This document shows positions 1 to 10,545 of a stretch of DNA of 64,000 bases, piece after piece. A program made the position numbers and the translations under genes. This stretch comes from an uncultured Acidobacteriota bacterium (GTDB taxonomy: Bacteria; Acidobacteriota; Terriglobia; UBA7540), in NCBI GenBank assembly GCA_963804995.1, contig CAWDSK010000005.1, forward strand, positions 768,001 through 832,000, in the 5' to 3' direction. Under the pieces are notes generated by a model. It ran no database searches, was not told the origin of the DNA, and saw only the letters and a list, made by a program, of their open reading frames with translations. Within the stretch, counting starts at the first letter, position 1; each line of letters begins with the position of its first letter.

Positions 1-1455
1 CGCGCGTTGTCCCACCTCATTCAGAAGGTCCGCAAGTGAAGTGTATGAAGCACTGGCGTCAAATCGCGCACAGAGCTCCGCGAGCACTTGCCACCCAGGT
101 CGCGCGTCGCCCGGCGGATCCGTGGCCACATGGAGTTCTTGGATTCTGCCTTCCATATTGGTGATGGTTCCTTCCGTTTCCGCAAAGCTCGCAATCGGCA
201 GTACGACGTGGGCCATCTGTGCAGTGGGTGTGAGGAAGGCATCCAGCACCACAAGGAATTCCATTCTCCCCAGCGCAGCTAGGGCCCGCTGCCCAATCGG
301 AAGGACCGCAAGGGGATCGTCGGCCAAAACAATCAGAGCGCTCACGGATTGCAAGATGCTCTCTGCATCCAAACCAGGAGTTGAGGGCAGTTCCTTTCCC
401 CAGAGATCTTGCAGGCGCTGCCGAGCACGTTCGTCATCCAAGCGTTGGTGCCCGGGCAAGCGATCCGGAGCGATTCCCATGTCGCAGGCCCCTCGCACAT
501 TGCTCCGCGCGAGAAGCGGCAATAGCCCGGAACCAGGCCTGTCCAAATGCCCCGTGACTGCCGCCAACGTGGCAAGGGCCGCGGCAACTCTCCGACACTG
601 GTGGCCCTCTCCGCTGACCGGTGGAATCAAGAACGTCGCTCGCGTGGCACGCGCGATCCACTCCGCTGCCTGGCGCATCTCTGCGGATGCCTTGATGGTC
701 CCGAGGTTCCGCCGCAGTGCGTCATACCCTTCGCAACCGACCCCAACTGACGCCCGATCTTCCAGCCCGAGGTGCAGCACCGCGGCGAGCAGCCCATCGA
801 TTACTTCACCTTCATTCCCCGGCATCGCGGTCAACAGCAGGGAAGCCAGTCGCGACATCTGCGTTCCGGTATAGCCTATGGTTATAAGGTGGGCGCCTTT
901 TTCTACTGCGGCCATCACCGCCGAAGCAGCGCGCGGGTGAGTAGTAGCCAAATCACCTTCCATCAGCAAGATCGTTTGGCTTGATTCGATGTCATTCAGA
1001 CTGAGGGACGGAGTGCATTCGCCACAGACTTCTTCAAGACCTGCCAATAGCGGGCCACACACGGAGTGGTAGGAAAAATCTAGGTTGTTGGTTTGGAGGC
1101 CAGCCCGTGCCAGCTTGCCAGCCAGGTAGTTCTCCTCATTGGTTGCCCGGGCAGAACCAAGAACGCCCACAGATTTCCCCGCGGCGATTAATTCCTTGAT
1201 GCGCCCTGCAACGAGGTCAAGAGCCTCAGACCACGAGGCAGAGTCCAGCTTCCCGTTCCGGTTAACCAGTGGCTGCCGCAACCGTTCACCCCACAAGGCA
1301 GCCTCATGGGCACTCCACCCCCGGGCGCAAAGCTTTCCCAGGGACACCGGATGGCTTTCACTCGGCGCCACGCCCACCAATCTTGCTTGGTTCGCTAACA
1401 AGTAAAACCCGCAGCCACAAGCGCAAAACGGGCACGTGGTGGGGACGGGTAACAT
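1..1455 (-). CDS. Molybdopterin oxidoreductase / formate dehydrogenase alpha-like protein with degenerate active site (3' end runs off the window)
   Basis: Not in the ORF track; translated by hand from ATG 1455 (RBS GGAGG near 1463-1467): MLPVPTTCPFCACGCG...GKLCARGW (4Fe-4S motif), TNEENY, NVRGACDMG, VVLPIASFAETEGTITNMEGRIQ. Confidence 0.85.
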   Translation of the reverse strand, partial: MLPVPTTCPFCACGCGFYLLANQARLVGVAPSESHPVSLGKLCARGWSAHEAALWGERLRQPLVNRNGKLDSASWSEALDLVAGRIKELIAAGKSVGVLGSARATNEENYLAGKLARAGLQTNNLDFSYHSVCGPLLAGLEEVCGECTPSLSLNDIESSQTILLMEGDLATTHPRAASAVMAAVEKGAHLITIGYTGTQMSRLASLLLTAMPGNEGEVIDGLLAAVLHLGLEDRASVGVGCEGYDALRRNLGTIKASAEMRQAAEWIARATRATFLIPPVSGEGHQCRRVAAALATLAAVTGHLDRPGSGLLPLLARSNVRGACDMGIAPDRLPGHQRLDDERARQRLQDLWGKELPSTPGLDAESILQSVSALIVLADDPLAVLPIGQRALAALGRMEFLVVLDAFLTPTAQMAHVVLPIASFAETEGTITNMEGRIQELHVATDPPGDARPGWQVLAELCARFDASASYTSLADLLNEVGQRA

Positions 1456-1748
1456 TGTTAGACCTCCCCCCGAAACTGGGAGCGTGGACGTTGGGATTCG
1501 CGCGGATGGAAAGGGAGTGCAGGCTGGTTCAACTGGAGTGGCAGTCTCAGCCATCCACGCTGACCCTGCTCTCGGTCTGGCTTTATTGATGGGTTTACAA
1601 GGCTTGAATTACCCGCTGACCGCTGTATTGCGGCCCTTTCACCGGGGAAATCGAGAGTATTGCCTTGGGTCGTGAAGACCCTAGGGCGCCCGATCGCCGA
1701 CATGGGGATAACACCCCCACCCGGGAGATAATACCTGCTTCACGCGTA

Positions 1749-1763
1749 GCACTGCCGTTGCCA
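1749..1763 (-). promoter_or_regulatory. Candidate sigma54 (-24/-12) promoter
   Basis: The minus strand reads TGGCAACGGCAGTGC (GG-N10-GC), about 290 bp upstream of the FDH-like gene. Confidence 0.35.
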
Positions 1764-1942
1764 AAGCATGGATTCGGCGCAATGCTTGAAGATCACGATA
1801 AGGAACTGGTTGTCCTAGCCCCCCCGCCGTTTTCGTTGAGGATTTCAACTGTCCTTGCTAACTGCTGGGAATCGAGGAACTAATTGAGTGAAACCCCCCA
1901 ATCTTAAGGAGGGCGACAGCTCAGCTAGGGCTGTTTGTGGCT

Positions 1943-3283
1943 TCACGACAACGCCGCGGCGTTGCTGTGAACTTTATCGAGCGCTGCCGCGATGTCGTCC
2001 ATGTCGCTCTTCGATCCCATCAGCATATGATGGCCGAACTCCATGGCCGTGGCGGTCAGCTCGTCGTTGTGCGGGCAAAGGTTCTGTTCCCGATATCGCG
2101 CCAAGCGCTCTTTGGAATAGATCCGCTGATACCCCCGGGAATTGAGGGTTTGTTCCAGATACGGTTCGCGATTGAGTGCGGGTCCGTAAGCCCCGCCTAT
2201 CGGGATTCCTTCTGCATTGATTGCCTTAACGATCATGTCGCGGGGCACGCCGTTGAAATGCGCCGGGTCATAGCGCATGCCAAAGTGGTAATAAGTCTGG
2301 TGCTCCGTCTCCGGGTATTGCTCCTGCGGATAGATCCCCGGTATCTTTCTTAGTTGCTCCTTGAGATAAGCGGCATTCTCCTCCTGTATAGCATGGACCT
2401 TCTGGTAGCGAGTGATCTGTGCCATCGCCACGGCGGGAGCGAAATCGGAGGTTCGGTACTTGGCCCCCCGCACCACGAAGGTTTCGTGGCGGGCGTCCAG
2501 CGATAGGCCGAAGTTACGCCAAGTGTAAGCCTTCTTAATCAGTTCCGGATCATTACTAACCATAGCGCCCAGTTCGCCGCCGGGCAGAACCTTGCTCTCC
2601 TGGAAGCTGAAACAGCCGGCCGTTCCCAGCGTTCCCAGCCGCTTGCCCTTCCAAGTCGTGGTGTGCGCCTGGCAGGCGTCCTCAATCACCGGGAGATTAT
2701 GCTTTTTGGCGATGTCCAGAATCTTGTCCATATGCGCCGCGTTACTCAGCATGTGAACTGGCAGAATCGCCCGCGTGTCCTTGGTGATGCGGTGTTCGAT
2801 GTCGTCCGGGTCCATGGTAAAAGTTTTCAGGTCGGTGTCCACAAACACCGGCAGCGCAAAATTGAGGAGGATGGCGTCAATCGTGGCGATGTAGGTGTAA
2901 GGGGCCACCAGAACTTCGTCACCGGGGCTAACGCCCACCACTTCTAACGCAGTATGAAGAGCATGCGTGCCACAAGGAGTCGTCACGCAGCCACCCACCC
3001 CCAACTCTTTTGCCCACGCCTTCTCAAACTCGGGAATGAAATTCCCCTTGTCGTAGGTGCACCAACGATGGCTGCGCAGGGATTTGAGAATGTTCGCTTC
3101 GTCCAGCTCGAACGTCTGGGGCCACTGGGTAAAGGGCTTAGTTCGAACCGGGGTGCCGCCGTGAAGGGCCAGAGCGTTGGGATTCCCCGAAAGCGCAGGC
3201 GCGCGCGGTACAACGCTTGCCGCGGCCAGGCCCGCCGATGTCTTTTCCAAGAACTCTCGACGAGTAAAAGTGATTCTTTTCAT
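1943..3283 (-). CDS. DegT/DnrJ/EryC1/StrS family PLP aminotransferase with Tat signal
   Basis: Starts MKRITFTRREFLEK with an AAGGAG RBS. Motifs GTHALH, VIEDACQAH and FSFQESK (PLP Lys) are present. Confidence 0.9.
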   Translation of the reverse strand: MKRITFTRREFLEKTSAGLAAASVVPRAPALSGNPNALALHGGTPVRTKPFTQWPQTFELDEANILKSLRSHRWCTYDKGNFIPEFEKAWAKELGVGGCVTTPCGTHALHTALEVVGVSPGDEVLVAPYTYIATIDAILLNFALPVFVDTDLKTFTMDPDDIEHRITKDTRAILPVHMLSNAAHMDKILDIAKKHNLPVIEDACQAHTTTWKGKRLGTLGTAGCFSFQESKVLPGGELGAMVSNDPELIKKAYTWRNFGLSLDARHETFVVRGAKYRTSDFAPAVAMAQITRYQKVHAIQEENAAYLKEQLRKIPGIYPQEQYPETEHQTYYHFGMRYDPAHFNGVPRDMIVKAINAEGIPIGGAYGPALNREPYLEQTLNSRGYQRIYSKERLARYREQNLCPHNDELTATAMEFGHHMLMGSKSDMDDIAAALDKVHSNAAALS

Positions 3284-3617
3284 GGGGCTCCTTTCCATCG
3301 AAACTTCGTTAGAGTGGAAAACTATTTTCTTTGCTTGGGTAATCTTTAGCCTGTTTGACTCCACTGTCAACAAGAGAACTCGTTCAGCAAACCACTCCGT
3401 AGGACAAATTGTTTCTCGGAACCGGACGCGCGATGCTACCTCGGTCCCAGACGCAAGTATTGAACAGTCTGCGAAAATAGGTGACACAAATGCGCCACGT
3501 CTACAAAGCTCGTTTGCGATAAACTGAGCAACGCGGACGCAAGTCGAAACTCGCACCCGAGAGCTGTGCATTGGAACCAGCACATCAAGAGAAAAAGGCT
3601 ATGGAGGGCTCAAGCGA

Positions 3618-5306
3618 GTGACTAGAGAGCAGCGGTTTGACGCCATCCGCCGTCGGCCGGAGGTCCCGGTCCTGATCGTGGGAGGTGGGATCAATGGCGT
3701 TGGCCTGCTTCGTGAGTTGGCTCTTCAAGGAGTGGTTGCGCTGCTGGTGGAAAAATCTGATTTCTGTTCCGGCGCCAGTGCTGCTTCCACGCGCGTCATC
3801 CACGGTGGGTTGCGATACCTCGAAAACGGCGAATTCCGTTTGGTCAAGGAATCCTTGCGGGAGCGAAACCGATTGCTGAAGAATGCTCCTCATTATGTGA
3901 GGCCACTCCCCACGGTCATTCCGGTCTTCAACTGGGCACATGGCCTGCTTCCCTCCCTGGGGAGGTTCCTGGGGTTCAAGGTGCCCCCCAATGACCGAGG
4001 CGCCCTGCTGTTCAAAATTGGACTGTCCATGTACGACCTTCTCTCTGGACATCAAGCGGTTTTACCTCGACATCAATTCCGGTCCCGTCGTGCTTCTCTG
4101 GCCTTGCGTCCTCAGCTCCACGCGGGGATCGTCTGCACGGCAATCTATTACGACGCCTGGATCAGCTACCCCGAGCGGCTCTCTGTGGAATTGGTTCTGG
4201 ACGCGGAAAGACATTGCTCGGACGCCTGTGCGTTAAATTACGTTCGCGTCAAAGGCGCGAATGGAGAAATGGTTGACCTGGAAGATGAGATTACTGGTCG
4301 GAGGGTTGAGATCAAGCCCAGGATTGTGGTTAATGCGACTGGGGGTTGGATCGATTTCACCAACCGCGCCCTGCAGCGAGAGACTCAATACATTGGGGGC
4401 ACCAAAGGCTCGCACATTGTTATTGACAACCCTGAACTGCTGCTCGCGACCCAGGGACAGATGCTCTACTTCGACAATGCGGACGGCCGTATCTGCATCT
4501 TTTATCCCTTCTACGGTAAAGTCATCGCCGGCTCTACTGACATCCCGGTAAGGAATCCCGAGACCGCGGTTTGTGAGGCAGACGAGGTGGACTATATCCT
4601 GGATTCCATCCGCCGGGTTCTTCCTGCCATCCAGGTGGATCGATCCCACATTGTCTACAAGTTTTGTGGAGTACGTCCCCTACCTCGCAGCGATTCCTCC
4701 ATGCCGGGAGCGGTTAGTTGAGACCATACCTGCGCCATCATTCCCGCCGGAGATGGAATTCAATTTTCAGTTTATTCCCTGATCGGTGGGAAGTGGACCA
4801 CCTTCCGGGCTTTTGGCGAGCAAGTGGCGGATAAGATTCTCAGCCACCTCGCGACACCACGGCGGGCAAGTTCCGTGGATTTACCCATTGGTGGCGGTAG
4901 GGATTACCCGCAAAGTGTGGCAGAGAAGGTTGCATGGCTGGCTTCCCTGGAAGGAAAAACCGGGCTACCGATGGAGCGATTGGGGATCTTGCTGGATCGT
5001 TACGGAACTCGCGCCGAAGAGGTTGCTCAATTCTTGACCGCTGCGCCAGACCAGCCCCTGCGTGCGCTTCCCCAATACAGCCGAAGGGAAATTCAGTTCA
5101 TGGCCAATTATGAGAGCATTGTCCATCTGGATGACCTCATCTTGAGAAGGACAATCATGGCTCTCATAGGTCAGTTGAGCCTTGAACTGTTGGAGGAGCT
5201 GGCGGGCGAGCTGGCTCCGGTGTTGGGGTGGCCGCAGGCGAGAACCCGGCAGGAAATCGATCGCACGGTGAAACTACTGAGTGACGTTCCATGGGGTAAA
5301 TTTTGA
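3618..5306 (+). pseudogene. glpD: FAD-dependent glycerol-3-phosphate/polyol-phosphate dehydrogenase (GlpD/EryB-like), interrupted by an in-frame TGA at 4719-4721
   Basis: Motifs VLIVGGGING, IHGGLRYLE, KGSHIV and GVRPL precede S*DH and GGKWTTFR in the same frame as ORF 4824..5306. The true end may be 5355 if an extra T at 5287-5288 is removed. Confidence 0.8.
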
Positions 5307-5383
5307 GCAAGTGCGCGCGCCGAACCTGGCAGGGCAAGAAAACGCGATTGAATGACCCGCCGCGTCTGATCGAAATAACTCCC

Positions 5384-6136
5384 TCATCCCATCACGAGAC
5401 CGCCACTCACATTGATCACTGCGCCGGTAACATAACTGGCTTCTTCCGAGGCCAGGAATGCTATGGCCGCAGCCACTTCTTCCGGCCGACCGAAACGTCG
5501 CAGCGGAGTCTGGCGAATCCATTCCTCCTCGCGCCCAGCCATTCCCTCCAAAAGTAAATCGGTGACGATTCGCCCCGGCGTCACCACGTTTACCGTGATC
5601 CCACAGGCGCCCAGTTCCTTGGCCAAGGAAAAAGAGAATCCCATCAACCCCGCTTTTGCTGCCGCGTAGTGAGCATGATTGTTCGATCCCGTCAATGCTG
5701 CCTGCGAGGAGACATTGATGATGCGCCCCCAGCGGCGCTCCTTCATCGAAGGAATGCACGCACGCGCGTAACGAAACGCCAACGTCAGGTTGACAGCAAG
5801 AGATTGCTCCCAATCGTGATCTTTCATATCGGTAACCGGAACGTGCGTCAACTCGCCGGCATTGTTCACAAGAATGTCAACTTTCCCCAACCGGGAGGCG
5901 ACTTCCTCCACCGATTGCTTAATCGCGCTGGGGTCCATCACATTGGCTTCAATGGCCAGAGCTCGCTCACCGCTGGCGGAAATCTGCTCAACCACTTCAT
6001 TCGCCTGATCGCTGCGACTCCGGTAAGTTACCGCTACCGCTGCGCCCTTGGCAGCCAACGCCAGGCAAGTGGCGCGCCCAATGCCCCGTGATCCACCTGT
6101 AACTAACGCCACATGGCCACCCAAGCTCTTGTGCAC
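5384..6136 (-). CDS. SDR family (FabG-like) oxidoreductase
   Basis: Motifs TGGSRGIG, NNAG and YAAAK. GTG start at 6136 with a GGAGG RBS. Confidence 0.9.
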   Translation of the reverse strand: MHKSLGGHVALVTGGSRGIGRATCLALAAKGAAVAVTYRSRSDQANEVVEQISASGERALAIEANVMDPSAIKQSVEEVASRLGKVDILVNNAGELTHVPVTDMKDHDWEQSLAVNLTLAFRYARACIPSMKERRWGRIINVSSQAALTGSNNHAHYAAAKAGLMGFSFSLAKELGACGITVNVVTPGRIVTDLLLEGMAGREEEWIRQTPLRRFGRPEEVAAAIAFLASEEASYVTGAVINVSGGLVMG

Positions 6137-6212
6137 CGAATTGCCCTCCGCGCTATTGCGATAATCCCGTGCCAGCCCTTCGTGCACCGGACCGGCAGAG
6201 ACCCCATGCCTT

Positions 6213-7739
6213 CTACGGGGCCAAACCAGCCATCTCATCAAAATCGGTCCGCAGGTGCTCGTAAAGGTTGCGAAAAACTCTGTAAAGCCCTTGATACTTT
6301 AAGTGATTCTCCAAGTTCGGCTCAAATCGCGTTTTGAGTTTCACCATGTCACGGAGCGTGCTGGAGACATCGGGATAAAGGCCTAAGCCCATGCCAACCA
6401 GGACAGCGTCGCCAAATGGAGCCCCCACTGGTGCCTCGGGCAAGTAAACGGGGATGCCGAGAACATCGGCCTTTATCTGATTCCACAGTGCGCTGCGAGT
6501 CCCGCCGCCGACCGAGCGCAGCTGGCTCAACTGAATCCCCGCACGCTTGGCCACTTCTACGTTGTGGTACAAAGCGAAGGTTGTACCCTCAAGGATTGCT
6601 CTGATCAAGGCGGCTTTGGGAGTGGCCAGAGAAAGTCCGAAGAACACGCCTTTGGCGTTAGTGTGCCAGAGGGGTGACCGCTCTCCCGCCATGTAGGGTA
6701 AGAAAACGACCCCGCGGCTCCCTACTGAAATCTGAGCTGCCTGCTCGGTCAAGAGATCAAACGGATCCACACCCAGCCGAGTAGCCGTTTGAACTTCGAA
6801 TTCTCCGAACTCGTCTCGAAACCATCGCAAGCTTGCCCCAGATGCAACCATGGCGCCCAAAAGCAGGTGGACTCCCGGGATGGCGTGGGGCATCGCAATA
6901 AAGGCCGGCTCCGTGATCCCGCCGTGGTTCGGCATGATCAGTACGGTAGATGTCCCTGTCATTTCGGCTGCTACACCAGGCTCCACAGCTCCGGCTTCCA
7001 GCGCCGCCGCCGCACTATCGACGGTACCCACCATGACCGGCGTCCCCGGTCGCAGGCCGGTGGCCTCAGCCGCCCTGGGGCTAACCTCTCCGTGATAACA
7101 ATGGGCAGCCTTCACCTCGGGAAATTGCGTTGGCTCAATGCCGCAGGCATCACATAATGGCCTGTACCATTCCCCGGTCAAATAATCGCGGAGCTGCAGC
7201 AGAACGGCATGCGCCGAATCGAGACTGAATTCCCCGGTCAGCCGATAGTTGATATAACCATTAACCTGAACGAACTGAGAAGTCTGCGCTAGGAGGTGAG
7301 GCTCATGAGTTTTAAGCCAAAGCAATTTAGGCGCGACGTAGAAAGCGTCCGGTCGGTTGCCAGTCACCCGGTAAATCGTTCCCTCCCCGAGAATCTCATC
7401 CAACCTTCTTACTTCAGCTTCCGCCCGCCGATCCATCCAGATCATAGCGGGTCGCAAGGGAACACCGGTGCGGCCAAGGGGCAGCAAAGCGGGAGCTTGT
7501 GAACTGACCGCCAGGCCCACCACACGCTCTGCAGCCTTCTGGTCGGAGGCAAGAACCTGACGGATGGCGGAGCAAACCGCCTGCCACCAATCTTCGGGGT
7601 CTTGTTCCACCCATCCAGGCCGGACGTGATGAAGCACGTATTCGGATCGGCCCACGGCCTGCAGCCGCCCCTCGGGGCTGACCAAGGCAGCCTTCGCCCC
7701 TGTCGTCCCTACGTCAATCCCCAGAAATAATTCGTCCAC
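6213..7739 (-). CDS. FGGY-family carbohydrate kinase (xylulokinase-like)
   Basis: Motifs LGIDVGTT, EQDPEDWW, WMDRRA, FLPYMAGERSP and GGGTRS. GTG start at 7739 with RBS. Confidence 0.9.
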   Translation of the reverse strand: MDELFLGIDVGTTGAKAALVSPEGRLQAVGRSEYVLHHVRPGWVEQDPEDWWQAVCSAIRQVLASDQKAAERVVGLAVSSQAPALLPLGRTGVPLRPAMIWMDRRAEAEVRRLDEILGEGTIYRVTGNRPDAFYVAPKLLWLKTHEPHLLAQTSQFVQVNGYINYRLTGEFSLDSAHAVLLQLRDYLTGEWYRPLCDACGIEPTQFPEVKAAHCYHGEVSPRAAEATGLRPGTPVMVGTVDSAAAALEAGAVEPGVAAEMTGTSTVLIMPNHGGITEPAFIAMPHAIPGVHLLLGAMVASGASLRWFRDEFGEFEVQTATRLGVDPFDLLTEQAAQISVGSRGVVFLPYMAGERSPLWHTNAKGVFFGLSLATPKAALIRAILEGTTFALYHNVEVAKRAGIQLSQLRSVGGGTRSALWNQIKADVLGIPVYLPEAPVGAPFGDAVLVGMGLGLYPDVSSTLRDMVKLKTRFEPNLENHLKYQGLYRVFRNLYEHLRTDFDEMAGLAP

Positions 7740-7883
7740 CGAGGAGTCCCTCCTCAACAAAAATCAGGAGTGAACAAACTTCTTGAGAGGTTCGAATGTC
7801 GCGCCAACCCACTTGCGCAGGTTCGGTATCAGAGCTCGATTCTCTCTTGGTCGTATCCTATGAAGAGAATGCAAGACAGTTTC

Positions 7884-8876
7884 TTACCACGTCACAACCG
7901 GAGCCAGAGCGACCATGGTCAGCCCGGCAATAAAGAATACGAACATAAACGCAAGCAGGAGCTTAACCCCACGGTCCGCACCACGGAATTCCTTCCGTAC
8001 GAACACCCCCCAGATAGCGGCCACCATCGTAGCTCCCTGGCCAAGGGCGTAGGAGGTGGCGGGGCCAACCATTTGCGCAAAGGATGCGACGTAGTTCGAG
8101 ATGGTTCCTACCATCCACGCGAACCCTCCAAACAGGCCCCAGAAGTGGGCACCCGGTGAGCCGGCGAAATACTCTCTTACGGCGATCGGGGGGCCACTTG
8201 GAGCGAACCGCATATAAAGGTAGTTGAACAGGAAGTTACTCAAGACTATGCCCACGGCAAACAAGAACGCTACAGTGTATGGTCCCAGGTGGCCCTCGCC
8301 AGTTGTGGCCTTGACAACGAATGGGTAGAACAATCCCATCAGTATCCCGCCCACCCCGGCCAAAACGAGGCCTTTCGCCGTTCCTGCCGGACTGCCCGCG
8401 CGCTTACGGTAAGCCACCCCATCCATGACAATGGCAAGACAAACGAATCCGACTCCTCCAAACAAGAGCCACGGATTTGCTGTAGGCTGCAGGACGTAGT
8501 TAAGGACGCTCCCAACCACCAAGGCCAAACCAATGCCTACGGGAAACCCTACCGCCATTCCCGCCACGCTGATGGCAGCAACCACCAGGATGTTCGCCGC
8601 ATTGAAGACAATCCCTGCCACGACCGCCCACGCTTGATGTCCAACGCTGGCACTTGCCAAGTTGCGAAAGAAACTTTCTGGATTCGTCGGGTCCGTCCTG
8701 CCCAAGGTCACACCGACCAATAAAGCGCAGAGCATGATTCCCCAGACATAGTCCCAGTACAGGAGTTCAAAACGCCATCCCTTGCAAAGCTTGGTGACAT
8801 TGATCCAACTACCCCAGGCAATCATAGTGATAATCATCATGAAAAGCGCCAAGCTATACACCGAAGGAGTGAACAT
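7884..8876 (-). CDS. DMT-superfamily (GRP/ureide-permease-like) sugar transporter
   Basis: About 10 hydrophobic segments. Motifs WGSW, RFELLYWDY, GMAVGFPVGIG and SYALGQGATMVAAIWG. Confidence 0.8.
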   Translation of the reverse strand: MFTPSVYSLALFMMIITMIAWGSWINVTKLCKGWRFELLYWDYVWGIMLCALLVGVTLGRTDPTNPESFFRNLASASVGHQAWAVVAGIVFNAANILVVAAISVAGMAVGFPVGIGLALVVGSVLNYVLQPTANPWLLFGGVGFVCLAIVMDGVAYRKRAGSPAGTAKGLVLAGVGGILMGLFYPFVVKATTGEGHLGPYTVAFLFAVGIVLSNFLFNYLYMRFAPSGPPIAVREYFAGSPGAHFWGLFGGFAWMVGTISNYVASFAQMVGPATSYALGQGATMVAAIWGVFVRKEFRGADRGVKLLLAFMFVFFIAGLTMVALAPVVTW

Positions 8877-8889
8877 AAGTTGTTTCGTC

Positions 8890-10305
8890 CTATCCCCTAA
8901 TTTGCCGAGCTTCCTCATCCCACTTCGCCACGGTTTGCTGGAAGTAGGCATAGTTGGCCAGATGGCAGCCCAGGGCGGCGTTATTCCCGAAGACTTCGTT
9001 CTCCACCGGCGGCCGCCGCGTTCTTACCGAGCTGAAGAAGTTGGCGACGTGATCAGGGACATCACTATATCCGGATGGCGGCAGAAAGCTCTCCGATTCC
9101 TGATCGACCGCTGACTTTAGTGGCCCCGCCAGGGGATGCTCCTCTCGGAACTTCCGGAAATACTCCTCCCGCATTGCCTTCGGCCAGCCGAAAACCGCGT
9201 AACTCTCCGGCGCCGGCCGCGTGTCTTGGGGCGTAAAGGTCAGAACCGGACTCCTCAGTCCCCCCACAGCGCCAAAGCCAAAGGCCGGCATCGAAACGAT
9301 GTCTCGAATGACCAACGTGCCCTCCGTGCCGAAGAACGCCATGTACTCCCCGCTCTCATTGTTCTGGTTGCAGCGCAAACTGACCCGAAAGCTTGGGTAT
9401 TCGAACAGGGTGACCAGCAAGTCAGGGAACTCCCGTTTCTCTTTCCAGCGGAACAGGTCTCCTGCGGATTGGGCGCGCCGGGGGGGAGTACTGGTCCCGG
9501 TAATATAGTGAATACCGGAGAGCATGTGCACAAAGAGGTCGCCTGCCAGGCCCAGTCCGTAGTCGGTAAACCGGCGCCAGGAGACATAGCGCACCGGGTC
9601 AAACGGTTTCTTAGGAGCATCACCCAGGAAGCGCTCCCAATCGATGGTTTTCTCGCTTGCGTCAGGAGGAACCGGTACGACCCAGGCACCGCCGGGTGTA
9701 TTGCGGTCCCAGTGGGCCTCGATCATGGGCACTTGGCCGAGCCTGCCGGAGCTGTAAATTTCCTTGGCTTTGGCGTAAATGATGGAACTAACACGCTGGC
9801 TTCCCACTTGCAGGACGCGCTTGTTCTTCCGGGCAGCCTCCACCATGGTGAAGCCATCCTCCACGCTGTGGGACATGGGCTTCTCGCAATAGACGTCTTT
9901 GCCCGCTTCGCAGGCGGCCACGGCGATAGGACGATGTTGGTGATCAGGAGCCGCGATGATCACAGCGTCGATGTCCTTGCGGTCGAGGATTTGCCGGTAG
10001 TCGCGTGTGAAGGGAATGTCTTTGTCCCCCAACGCTTCGTGTGCGGAGATGCGCCGCGTGTCGTACACATCACAAGTGGCTACACACTCAATTCCCGGAA
10101 CCACTCGCGTGGCCTGCAGAACCTCGCAGCCGCGTATACCCGTTCCAATGCTTGCGAACCGCACAGTGTCTGAGGGTGGCACGGCACGCGGCGATGCCCG
10201 CAGAGTTGCAGGTTCCAGAATGGCACACTTGCCGGAAACGCCGATCGCCGCCGCACCCATACCCCGCCGCATGAAGTCCCGCCGATTAATTCGATTGAGT
10301 GGCAT
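8890..10305 (-). CDS. Gfo/Idh/MocA oxidoreductase with Tat signal
   Basis: Motifs NRRDFM, IGTGIRG, APDHQH, DVYCEKP and QVGSQ. Confidence 0.9.
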   Translation of the reverse strand: MPLNRINRRDFMRRGMGAAAIGVSGKCAILEPATLRASPRAVPPSDTVRFASIGTGIRGCEVLQATRVVPGIECVATCDVYDTRRISAHEALGDKDIPFTRDYRQILDRKDIDAVIIAAPDHQHRPIAVAACEAGKDVYCEKPMSHSVEDGFTMVEAARKNKRVLQVGSQRVSSIIYAKAKEIYSSGRLGQVPMIEAHWDRNTPGGAWVVPVPPDASEKTIDWERFLGDAPKKPFDPVRYVSWRRFTDYGLGLAGDLFVHMLSGIHYITGTSTPPRRAQSAGDLFRWKEKREFPDLLVTLFEYPSFRVSLRCNQNNESGEYMAFFGTEGTLVIRDIVSMPAFGFGAVGGLRSPVLTFTPQDTRPAPESYAVFGWPKAMREEYFRKFREEHPLAGPLKSAVDQESESFLPPSGYSDVPDHVANFFSSVRTRRPPVENEVFGNNAALGCHLANYAYFQQTVAKWDEEARQIRG

Positions 10306-10545
10306 TGGCAGAAGACCTCCTCACAGAGTATCAAAACAGAAATTAAGGACCTCCTACAAAACGCCCTAGTGTGCCAGAATTAACGGGTGAGTAAAAGCTT
10401 TCCCTCGTGTTTACCTCCCAGGTTCTTAGCTCCTCCCCTCGTAATCATCCTGCCGACTGCCTTTTGATGGTCTCCGCTTGCTTGCCATCTTCGTGCTAGA
10501 CTCTGTCGGTGATTCCAGGGATGGTCCTCGGCTGGGGGTGCTTCA

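Noticed and set aside
41..874. 277-aa plus-strand ORF, and similar long antisense ORFs (9136..10173, 14204..15019, 35291..36235, 49596..50633)
   Set aside because: These are shadows of well-supported genes on the opposite strand in GC-rich DNA and have no recognisable motifs.
1458..1703. 81-aa ORF upstream of the FDH-like gene
   Set aside because: It has a weak RBS and no recognisable features. It cannot be supported, though it is not excluded.
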